A DNA stretch of 64,000 nt from Paragordius varius (taxonomy: Eukaryota > Animalia > Nematomorpha): NCBI GenBank assembly GCA_964247055.1, contig OZ176057.1, positions 992,001 through 1,056,000 of the forward strand, given 5' to 3'. The position numbers were made by a program, and so were the translations under genes. The notes beneath the pieces are model-generated. The model saw only the letters and a program-made list of their open reading frames with translations. It was not told where the DNA came from and made no database searches. Position 1 is the first letter of the stretch; the number at the start of each line of letters is the position of its first letter. Shown here in pieces: positions 26,301-38,500 of the stretch.

Positions 26301-28031
26301 ATTGATTAATAGTAAGCGCATAATTTACTATAGTTAATATTGTGGACAGCTTTCTATGTGTATGTCTCGATAAAATGTACCTTCACACTCAAGCTATGCA
26401 AGACCCGAATCTGACGAGAATACTTGTTAATCATTGTGGGACAACATCCTAGGAGGCAACGTTAGAGCCACTTATATTTGCAGTGGTTACCTATCTCAGG
26501 TATCTCTTTTGGCAAAAATTGAAACTTAGATTAGAGCAAGGTCCACGATCATTTATCCGGGGTTAGCGTCCCATTTGAAGGTACAACTGAAACATGGTCG
26601 CTCGAACGGGTAACGTTGACACTTGTGATGTCTAATATATCAAAAATTGGTTTGCAAGGCCATACTCATTTAGAAGCAAAAGAAGTCCCCTTTTGCACCA
26701 AAGATAAGATCTTAAACAAACTGGACATTTGACCTGACTTAGACCTTTGACATTACTTGAGCATAACGCTGTTTGATTACAATCAATATTACTTTTACAT
26801 AAATACGGCGAAATTAACCTTACTTATATATATATATATGGCTTATTAACTATACTAACTTCCATTAACACACCTAGCATTTATTTATGTATGTGGATAA
26901 ACATAAAATAAACCTCCGTGGTGCCCCCCCGCTTTGAAGCTCAATGCGTTACGGGTAGGTAGAGATTGCCTTGACAGCACTTGATTATAGAAAAAAAGAT
27001 TAAATCAACTGAATAAGTCGTTCTTATCAAAAAAATTAAAGTCCGCAAAAACTTATCTTTTATAAAGGCCGTGCATCAAATAATACCAATGAAAATTTTA
27101 TAGCTAAAAATATTTGCAGATATTTACACTCAAAATAAATACATCAAAAAATTTATATATAATTTATAGTCATAGTAAGACAGTTTTTGGGCCTCTTGCG
27201 GCCGTTGGCCATGGTTTTAATACATCTGGGGTAAATTTTTGATGCATTACAAGCCATAAAAATAAGAATATATCATTTATAAATTTTTATATATCTTAAA
27301 TTAAAATAATAATAATTAGGATCAATGTTTGGGCGTAAAGGCGAAATGCCAAACTGTTTTTATTTTTGTACATTAGACATTTATCGAAAACACGAACCCA
27401 AAAACTTAGAATAACTAGAAATCAAAGCTCTGAACCCAAACCAGAATCACATGTGTATAAACATCGTTTTATAAAAAAGTCATTAAATTATATCAAGAAC
27501 TTGTTCCCAAACATCAAAATAAAGGACGCGGCCCGATTCCACTCTTTTCAAACCGGAAGCCCTGCTAGATAATATTTTTCATTTTAAATTAACGGCTTTT
27601 GTGGATGCTAATTTTAGGCTTTAATCACAATAAGATCTTACAAGTTCATAATATTTTGTGCAATATCCAAGTTAAAAAAATATTTTTAGCTATTTAGATA
27701 TACCGCTGAACATAGAATACAAGGCAAATTTAATTAATATCTATTTAAAAAATCTATTTGTGACATCAATTATTTATCAAATGATGTATACATTTAACCA
27801 TTAATAAATATAAAATTATTTAACCTGTTATATTATAGTAATGTTACAATAATTTTTGAAATTAAAATTTTGGATTTAACAAAGGGTCGGTTGATAAAAA
27901 AATCGCACTTTACACATAAGTCAAGCGTAGCAAGCTAAGCATGTTTACTTAAGCCAGCAAGTGTACACTTGAAGATCGTTAATAAAAAACTCTTAAGTCA
28001 AGTCTTTTGCTTATGAACGTCAGTAAAATCC

Positions 28032-28094
<63 letters not shown>

Positions 28095-28590
28095 GGCTAA
28101 ATTTTAATGTAATTGGTCAAAAATCTATCATTTTCAATAAATAAACCTTAAAATTGAATAGGGGCGAATGCGATGATTTTTTTTAAATAAAATATTATTA
28201 CGAAGAAAAAATTATTTTGATATTTTTCTATAAAAATAAAATTTTATAAAAATTGATACTCATACGAAAATTTGTAAAATATTTTAAACTAAAATTAGAC
28301 AGGGCTTAAACATATGTTGTTCCCACTAGATTTTATATCAATTATAATAAATATTATGACAATAAATGTATGTTAAGCCTATATATAATTTATTTCTGAC
28401 AATAAATAAACTGCTATTTTAAAAATATATTATCCAGGTAAAATTTATGATAAATTTACATTATAAATGAACCATATATATAAAATTTGCCATAAAAATT
28501 CTGTATGATTCCAAAGCACATTCTATAAATGCTAGTATGGTAGTTAGTGGCCGTTAAAAAATCGCTTTTCTAATCCAATTTTCAACGAAT

Positions 28591-28816
28591 TTATCCCGCT
28601 TTATTATTTTCAAAATTAATTTTATTAATATCAAAAGGTAAATTATTATCAGCCTCTGTAGAAGAATTATTTCTTATTCTATTGTTATTGCTATAAACAA
28701 TTTCTGGCGTTAAAACAGGGGCTAAATTAGTTTGCAAAGGTCTTGAAACCAATACATTAGATGTTGATTGTATAGTATTGGTTATATCTCCAACTGGTAT
28801 GGGGGGAGAATAAAAT
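28591..28816 (-). CDS. WIPI2-like probable last exon ([12 protein letters not shown]...NNKAG*)
   Basis: TGTAG acceptor in the correct phase, 75 open codons, disordered C-terminal composition; no recognisable homology. Confidence 0.6.
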
Positions 28817-28820
28817 CTAC

Positions 28821-28865
<45 letters not shown>

Positions 28866-29143
28866 TTTACAATTCAATTCAAATTAACCCTTGAATAATT
28901 TAAATTCCCCCTTGAACAATTCAAATTAATCCTCAAATAAATCTGGTGTTTTTATAAATTAAAAATTACTTATATTTTAATATATTTTCAAAAAATTAAA
29001 TATTGTTAAAAATTAAAATAATAGTGAAAAAATAATAAACTGTGTCATAAAGATATATTTTATATAAATAATGGGTTATATTGGTTCGAAACACATAATT
29101 GTTTTTTAGGGTGAATTAGAATTGTTCAAGGGTGAACTGTAAA

Positions 29144-29178
<35 letters not shown>

Positions 29179-29506
29179 ATGAAAATTAATATAAAGTAAT
29201 ATGAAATAAATACAGATGTCATTTTTAATTTTGTATTAAAAGAGCATAACATTTACAGTTCAAATTAACCCTAAAAATAAATTATGTGTATTCGAAATAA
29301 TATAACTCATTGTTAGTATGAAATATATCTTTATGGCATAATTTATTATTTTTTCAGTATTATTTTAATTTAAAACAAAATTTTTATTTTTTAAAAATAT
29401 ATAATAAAAATATTGGTAATTTTTAATCTTAAAAAACATATATTTTAGTTAGGGGTGAATTTGAATTATTTAAGGGTAATTTTTTCAAGGGTGTGAATTG
29501 TTAAAA

Positions 29507-29552
<46 letters not shown>

Positions 29553-32500
29553 CAAAAATAAGGGTAAAAAAATTTGTTAAAATGTAACTTTTATAAAAAT
29601 AATAAAGTTCTTTTAAGTAATGTAAGCAAAAGCATTTTTAACCACCGAAAAATTGAATTACAAAAACAGGTGACTTGCTTTTCCAATAATGATTCGATTG
29701 TGGGAAAATATATATGGCTAATTATCCGTTATAACATTTATTAAAAAAGTATAAAAAAATAAATTTCATATTGGTTTCAATTAATTACCTTTATTTTATT
29801 AAATAATTATAATTATTGAGGTGTTTATTTAAACCATATAATATTTTACAGATATTTGAAAAAAAAATTAAAAAGATTATAGATATTTAAATATTTTTCG
29901 CTTATTATAGGGAATCAAAATACTCAAACACTAGTAAGGAATATATAATTAATCACTTTTAAACTATAATAACTTAAAATAGAAATGAATTTACAATACT
30001 TAAAGACATAAAGAATACTTTATTCTCTAAAGACATACAACCTTTTTAAACCTTGAGTTTTCCTACATAAATTATTAAATTACAATATAAAGTCCTATAA
30101 TCAATCAACGCTGGGTCGGCTGGGGTATTAAAATGCTGTAACATCAAAGGCCAGTTTCTAATGATCTGTAAAATCTTTAGTTAAAAAAGTGCCTTAGGTT
30201 ACCACACAAAGTAAAAATATTATGAATGTGAATTACTTCGTGGAAATCAAAATTCCCACTACGATAAAGATATGTAAAATAAATATACCATTTACAGTTC
30301 AATTTACCCTTGAGCAATTCAAATTTACCCTTGAATAATTCAAATTCACCCTCATAAAAATAAATTATGTGTTAGATAATATAACTCATTATTACCACAT
30401 GAAATATATCTTTATGGCATAGTTTATTATTTTTTCAGTATTAAGCTTATTTAAAACAAATTTTTATTTTCCAAAAATGTATAAAAATATAGGTAATTTT
30501 TGATACAATAAACAAATATTGTTCAAGGGTTAATTTTAATTATTTAAGGGTAAATTTGAATTGATATAATTTTATTAAGATATAAATTTATATATCCACT
30601 TCATAATTGGAAATTTGAACAATAAGTTAAATTCATACAAAATGTGTTTAAAAAAGTATAGTTTCTTTTGAAAAAAACATTTATCTTTATATTTTATTTT
30701 GTTGGTATAATTTAATTTACCGTAATAATACTAAGGCGTCATTTTAGAAAACCCGAAAAAATGCCTGATAATGTCTATTAGCTAATAAATTTTTATAACC
30801 GCTTCGATTTAAAAAAAATAATTCTGTGAGGAATAGGGCGTCATCAACTGTGTACAAAATAAGATTATTTTACAATGCCAATCGCTAGTAAAATTTTAAT
30901 AAAACTTTATTAAAATTTAAAGAAAAAAAAATGTGTATAAAATCACTTGTAAGATTTTAGGAAAGAACAATCTCCACTTGTTAAAGGATCATATTCAAAA
31001 ACGTATAAAGTCCCCGTGTAAGTTGCAATAACCAGATATCGTTTGTTTGAATTAACATTTGTAGCAGTTTTTACATTATTAGGCATTTGACTATTGTGGT
31101 GGATGGTATTATAATTTTTATTTCCAGTAGGCAAAACACTAAAATTAAATAAGAAAAATATAAACAATTTACATTAATTATAATAATAGACTCAATAGGT
31201 AGGATGTTTAATGTTTGAATGTTAAAATTTTTTAAAACAATTTGTATATACAGATGCATTTTATTAGTTCCTTATTTCCTATAATTGGACAATATGCAGC
31301 ACAGTAGTGTATGGAAAAAAAGAAAGGAAACATATGTTTATTCAACATTTTGTTGTTTTTTCCATACACTACTGTAAATTGCCCAAATATAGTATGTGAA
31401 ATAAGCAACCATTAAAATGTATACTACTGTAAAATACATTTTTGTAAAATTATTTCCTTCATATTGTTTTAAACAAACTTAAAAACATAAAAACATTTAA
31501 TTATCTATACTTTATATATTTATTGTGCTAAAAACCTAAAACTAACGTTATAATATACCATTTGCACTTCAATAGTGTCCTTGAACATTTCAAGTTGGTC
31601 CTTTATCTTTTTTGTTTTGTTTTTAACTTTTATCAATCAAATCGTAAATAATTCCTCTATTTTATTGTTTTAAACCTATTTTCTATTATTTAACATAAAT
31701 AAATCGATATTAACTTTTAATCTTTGAGAGACCGTATATCTTTATTAATTTCTTAAACTAATTTTGGATATTTAGAAGATTTTATCATAAAATGAAAAAA
31801 TATAAAAGTTTTCGGGGTTATTAATTAAAATTTTTCATTAAAAACATTTAAAATTAATATTATTCTATTGAAAAAGATAGTTTGAAACAAAAAACTGGTT
31901 TTTTAAAAAAAATTTAAGTTTTAAATGAATAAATATATAATAAATAAAGAAAATTAGGTTAATAAATAATAAAATAAAAAAATGCAAAAATTATGGGTAA
32001 ATCAAAATTTATAAATTTTAAGGACCAATTTGAAGTGTTCAAGGACACTCTTGAAGTGCAAATTGTATATAACCTTTTTTCAAAATATCTTGATAAATTG
32101 AAACCCTATACAATCAATTAATCAATCGATAAACCTTTAAACTTTGGTAAAATTCATTTATAAAAAAAACTTACTCAATCAGGGCACAAACCGAACGAAT
32201 CGAAATAGATGAAGGATTTATCCCACCATTTCCATTCCCAAGAACATTATTAGCGTTTGTATTATTATTTAAAAAACCCAAATTAGTAATTAGCGGGTTA
32301 GCTGTTAATAAATTTAGATAAGCACTTGGATTCAAAAAACTTGATGAATTTTCGGTATTAAAATTATTCACTGGTATATTCGTAGTTGCAATTGTTGAAT
32401 TATTATTATTACAACAAGTGTTGGGATTAAAAAACAATGTATTATTATTATTCCCATTTGTATCTAATGATATGGAGAAAAAAAAGAAAATTAATTTTTA

Positions 32501-35500
32501 TATAAAAAATATATGTATTACCTCAAATTAACTCTAAAACAAATTTTAAATTCGCCTTCAAATACACTTTTAAACATTTCTAAATTACTCAAAAATAAAA
32601 TATGTGTATTTGGGATAATTTACATTTGGATAAATATTTTTTTATGCCTAAAATTTATCAATTCTTATTACTAATTTGAAACAGTAGCATATAAAAAATA
32701 GAATTTATTTTTAAGGTTTCAAATGTTTAAAGGTAGAATTAAAGTGTCCAAGGGTCAATTTGATGAATAAAATATCATACTATTACCTAAAAATATGTGA
32801 GTTTAAAATTCATAAAAAAATATAAAACTATATATATATATATACTCATTCAAACTTTACAACACAGGTAATACCTGAAACATTTCGTAAACCAAAAATC
32901 CATCAAAAAATAGCTAACATTGATTTCATTAAATGTAAGGCCAAATTATTGAATAAATTTAATTTTTTATTGATATACACTTTTGCGCCGATATAAAATC
33001 GCTTTCCTCTTTAAAACAATTATACAAAAAATGCTAAAACATTGCTAAAAATAAAAAAACGATTATTAAAAAACACTTTAAAACACTAAACTATCCTAAT
33101 GTTTATTCCCATAAACTGCAATTCAAAAAAATTATAATAAATTGAAATTTTTAGGAATAAACGTAAAAATAAAATAATACAAATATTTTTTTAAACAAGA
33201 TCACCATATTTTTTAAACATAAATTTTTCTCAAATAAATTATATAATTACAATTGTAAAATATATAATTGATTGTGTTAGCAATGTATATATCTAATTTC
33301 TAAACAGTGAGTTTTAAGTAAAACAATCAAGGTTAAAAAAGTATGGTTGTGCTTAAAAACATTTGTCTTAATATTTTTAAGTTTTGTCCGTATAATTCCA
33401 ATTTTTACTGTATGTTTGACAGCTTTATATGTCATAAATTGAAATCATAGACCGCTAAATTAAAACTTCTACCTATAAAATAATCCAAAAAAATCCGCTT
33501 GTGTTTTAAAATAATTTTTTCCGTCAAAAGAGCGAAATAAAAATCATTATATGAATTGGATTAATCCGCAGTATTAATTTTGTTCGTAAATCTATAAAGA
33601 TTTCCAATTTTTTGTAAAATTTATATTTCAAACCGGTAAATGTAATAGGTTTATGAAAATTTGAAACAATAGTCCGTAAAAAACATAAATTTATAAAAAT
33701 TTATTATAAAAATCCAAAAAAGTTTATCACTATTTTTGTACTATACATTCATTTCTTTAAAATAGTAAAAATTTTCCTAATATCAAGTGTTATTATACGC
33801 GTATTACATAATATTTGGGTATATTCTAAGACATTACAGGTATTTTGATGTATTAACCCGAAAATAATTAATAAAATTAATAATATCCAATTTTAAACTG
33901 CTAAAATGAAATTAATTTTACATTATTATTATTATAATAATTCAATTACTTGGTTTTTCAGAACTTATAAGAGTTTTAATTATATTTTTTAGCTAAAACA
34001 AAAATTGAAGTTACTTACTATTTTAACCCGCTAAATTTTCTAGTGGTGGCCCAATGACGATATTAATTTAAGGTTATTTCTTTGAATTATTGAAATTAAT
34101 TTCTTAACACTAAGCTGTTTGTTTTATAAAAAAATTCCCAATGTCTTTTTTGCTATTAAAGTCCAAAAAATAAAGTTGTTTACTATTTTAGCCCGCTAAA
34201 TTTATTTCGTTAGCGCTTGACCAATCACGAGATTAGTTTAGCGTTATAGCTTGGTTTATACTTTTATGCAAATAATTTTGCTTAACCCGATTAAAATCCT
34301 ATTAATCTATAATCTTTAAAAAGAACTTGTAAAAAGTTTGTTTCAACTAAAAAAATTCTAAAAATGTCTTTTTTTAAAAAAAAGTTCCAAAAATAAAGTT
34401 GTTTACTATTTTAGCCCGCTAAATTTAATAGTTTTGCGCTGACCCAATCACGAGATTAGTATAGCGTTACAGCTTAGTTTATACTTTTATGCAAATAATT
34501 TTGCTTAACCCGATTAAAATCCTATTAATCTATAATCTTTAAAAAGAACTTGTAAAAAGTTTGTTTCAACTAAAAAAATTCTAAAAATGTCTTTTTTTAA
34601 AAAAAAGTTCCAAAAATAAAGTTGTTTACTATTTTAGCCCGCTAAATTTAATAGTTTTGCGCTGACCCAATCACGAGATTAGTATAGCGTTACAGCTTAG
34701 TTTATACTTTCCTGCAAATAATTTTTAATTCGACTAAAATCCTATTAATCTATAATCTTTAAAAAAAACTTGTAAAAAGTTTGTTTCAACTAAAAAAATT
34801 CTAAAAATGTCTTTTTTTAAAAAAAAGTTCCAAATTAGTTGTTTACTATTTTAGCCCGCTAAATTTAGCGCTTGACCAATCACGAGATTAGTTTAGCGTT
34901 ATAGCTTGGTTTATACTTTTATGCAAATAATTTTGGGTAATTTGACAAAAATCCGATTAACTAAAACTATTTAAAAATCTGCTATACATTTTTTTATAAA
35001 AAAAAATTTCAAAAAAAAGTTACTAATTAGTTTTGCGCTAGGCCAATCACGAGATTGATTTAGTGTTATAGCATGGTTTATATTTTCAGATAATTTTGCT
35101 TAATTCGACTAAAATCCTAATAATCTATAATCTTTCAAAAAACCCTTGTAAAAAGTTTGTTTGTACCTTAAAAACTTTAAAGATATACTTATTTTTATAA
35201 AAAAAAAGTTCCAAAAAAGTTACATATACATTAGTTTTGCGCTAGCCTAATTACAATAATAATTTGTGGTTATTTCCTTGGGCCATTGAAATTAGTTCTC
35301 TTAAACGATAATCTGTTTGTTTCAACTAAAAAAATTTCATCTATAAAAATTACAAACTATTTTAACACGCTAAATTTATTACTTCTTGACTAATGTTGAA
35401 ATTAGTTTGTTTCATGCAAATAATTTTGCTTAATCTAACTAAAATCCTATTAACTAAAATCATTCAAAAATTGAAAAACTTTAATGATATACTTTTTTTA

Positions 35501-38500
35501 AAAAAAGTTCCAAAAAAGTTACTTACTAATTGGTTTTGCACTAGCCCAATCACGAAATCGATTTAGTGTTATAGCATGGTTTATACTTTCAGATAATTTT
35601 GCTTAACCCGACTAAAATCCTATTAATCTATAATCTTTAAAAAGAACTTGTAAAAAGTTTGTTTGTACCACAAAAACTTTAAAAATATACTTTTTTACAA
35701 AATACGCTCCAAAAAAGTTACTTACTAATTAGTTTTGCGCTAGCCCAATCACGAGATTGATTTAGCGTTATGGCATGGTTTATACTTTCTGGCAAATAGT
35801 TTTGTGTAATGTGAGTTAAGGCTTTCCCTAACCCCTCACTCAAGTACTGACTCGATTTGTTGGAGAGCGTTGAGAAAAGGGAAAACCCATTGTTTGTTGC
35901 AACATTGTTGCCATTATTTGTGGATAAGTTTCGGTTAAAATTTGATGTTAATGGGCTGGGAGTTGGCTGTTTGGTACTACAAAGTAAGAAATCATAAAAT
36001 TTAGAATATTTAACATATGAGGCAAAATGATTTACAGTATGTATGCATTTTAATGGTTGCTTATTTCACACTATAGTCGGGCATTTTGCAACACAAGTAA
36101 TCTAGCATGGAAAAAAAATGTTATATAAGCAATCTTTTCCTTTCTTTTTCCATACTATACTACTGTGTTGCAAATTGCCCAACTATAGTGTGAAGTAAGC
36201 AACCATTAAAATGCATACTGTAAAAAACATAAAAATTGCCATATTTTTAAAACCTTAATATTTATCGAATTTTGGACTGCAAAATAAGAAATGAAAAGTT
36301 ATAATTTCACGATTGTAATTATATCGTATAAGTAGTGAAAATCAAGATTCCAAAGAGTATAGCTAAATATATATGTTTATAATTTATTCCACCCCTATTT
36401 TTCATTAGGTTAGGGGCTATTTCTAAAAGTATCTGCTATTAAAACATTAAATCCTTTCAAACAAAACATAATTTAAAAAGAATCATATAATAAATATATA
36501 TAAAGTGGATATCCTTAAACTAAAATTAAATTTGCAGAAAAATATACATTTGTAAAAGTTAATTAGAATGAAATTTAGTTATGAAGGGTAGCATGCACTT
36601 ACGAATTCCTTAAAACAGAAAAATCATTTTAACATGTAAAAAACAAAAAAAATCTTGTTAAAAATAAAATTAGAATAAACTATATTGCATTTATCCTACC
36701 TAGAAAATGTGTTTGATATATTTTTATTAGCATTTATTGCTGTTGAAGAATTTAAAGGTAAAACATCTGGATTTTGTTCATTATTTGAAAGTTTAAAGAT
36801 ATGGACTGTTTCTGTGTTTGAGGTAAGAGCTAAGAATTCAGAAAGTGGACTGAAATGTAAACAATAAACGGTAACACATCTAAAAAGGACAAATATAAAA
36901 TATATAATATATAAAAATAATTTAAATAAATGATGGAAAAATAATGCAAAAACTTAAATATAAAAAAAATAATATGATGTAAATAATGGTATATCAGAAA
37001 ATCCAGAGATTGTTTAAGATATATAAAGTTAACTTCAGATTAATCTTTAAGCTATATATTAGATTAATGTTCCTAAGTGAAATAATTTATTTACAAATAT
37101 AGTTTATTGTATCTTATTTACAGTATTTTCTTTTATAATAACATTCTTCTATTTATTTTTAATTGAAAAAAGAAAAAAAGCTGATAATTTCTTTTCTAAT
37201 TATTAATATATTAGATTTCTGACAAATTATCCATTTTCAATTTATATTAGAGATTTGTATGTAAAGATTATAAAATAAAATATTTTTAATGTTTATCTTA
37301 TATTTGAGATATAAGGGTTGTATAAAATGTTTGGTAGATAAAGTGATGTGCTAAATGATAAATTTCTTTTAATATATGGATTAATGAATTATATGATTGA
37401 ACGTACGCAGGGTTAAGGTATTTTTATTTAGGATATATTTTTGTTTTTGATTCGTAATATAGGTATGGGGTAAGAATTTTATATGATACGATGATAAACT
37501 CATTACCGAATGTATACAAATTTCCTAAAAAAAGGTTATGCATCTCATGAGTAAAAACATACCAAGTTATTCTCCGCGCTTGCCTAACCGATCATAAAAA
37601 GTTAAAAGAGATTTCATTATTCTGAGAATCATAACTTAATTTTCAAGACATTTTACACAACCCTTATAAACATGTTTATATTTTTTGCTACAGATTTCAA
37701 GCACACATGAAAAATTATCCTACAAAACATACAGTTCCAAATATTTATTGCACATCCACATTTATTCCCTAAAAACTATTCCACACATTAGTGCCAAACA
37801 TCAGTGGATATATCATATTGATTCTTTTCTCTCAATACACCATTATGATATACCATTTCCCAGTCTAAATGAACGTTTTCCCAGTCAATCGAAACATTTT
37901 CCCAGTCAATCGAAACGTTTTCCCAGTCAATCGAAACATTTTCTCAGTCAATCGAAACGTTTTCCCAATCAATCGTAACGTTTTCCCAGTCAATCGAAAC
38001 ATTTTCCCAGTCAATAAAAACATTTTCCCAATCAATAAAAACGTTTTCCCAATCAATAAAAACGGTTTTATTTTTGATGGTAAATATTAAAACAAGATAT
38101 AAAAATAACTTTTAACCATTATTAGCGTAATATTAGGATATTATTTTTTTTTATAAAAACACAATTATTGAATGACAATTTACCAAGTATAATCCAGTGC
38201 ACCATTAATGACTTAATCTTTAAAAATTATATTTTTGGAATTTGAGATGTTTTTAAGATAATATTTTTTATTTTATTGAGGATTCTCATTAATAATTGCC
38301 GAACGCTTCAAAACAGTTTTTAAACATGTCAAGATTTACCAAAAAAATACTGTCGGAAAAAATATCTAAATTTAAAAATATTTAATAAAAAATATTTGAC
38401 TAAAATAGGGGTGTCTAACCAAATGGCTTCGCGGGCCGCATTACTTAAAAAGCACGGCGTTCCGCATTCGATATATTTCATAAATAATTTTTCGATTAGA

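Noticed and set aside
22400-28000. Hammerhead ribozyme expected near a Penelope-like element
   Set aside because: No CTGANGA...GAAA core with compatible stems found by eye; a covariance-model search would be needed to exclude it.
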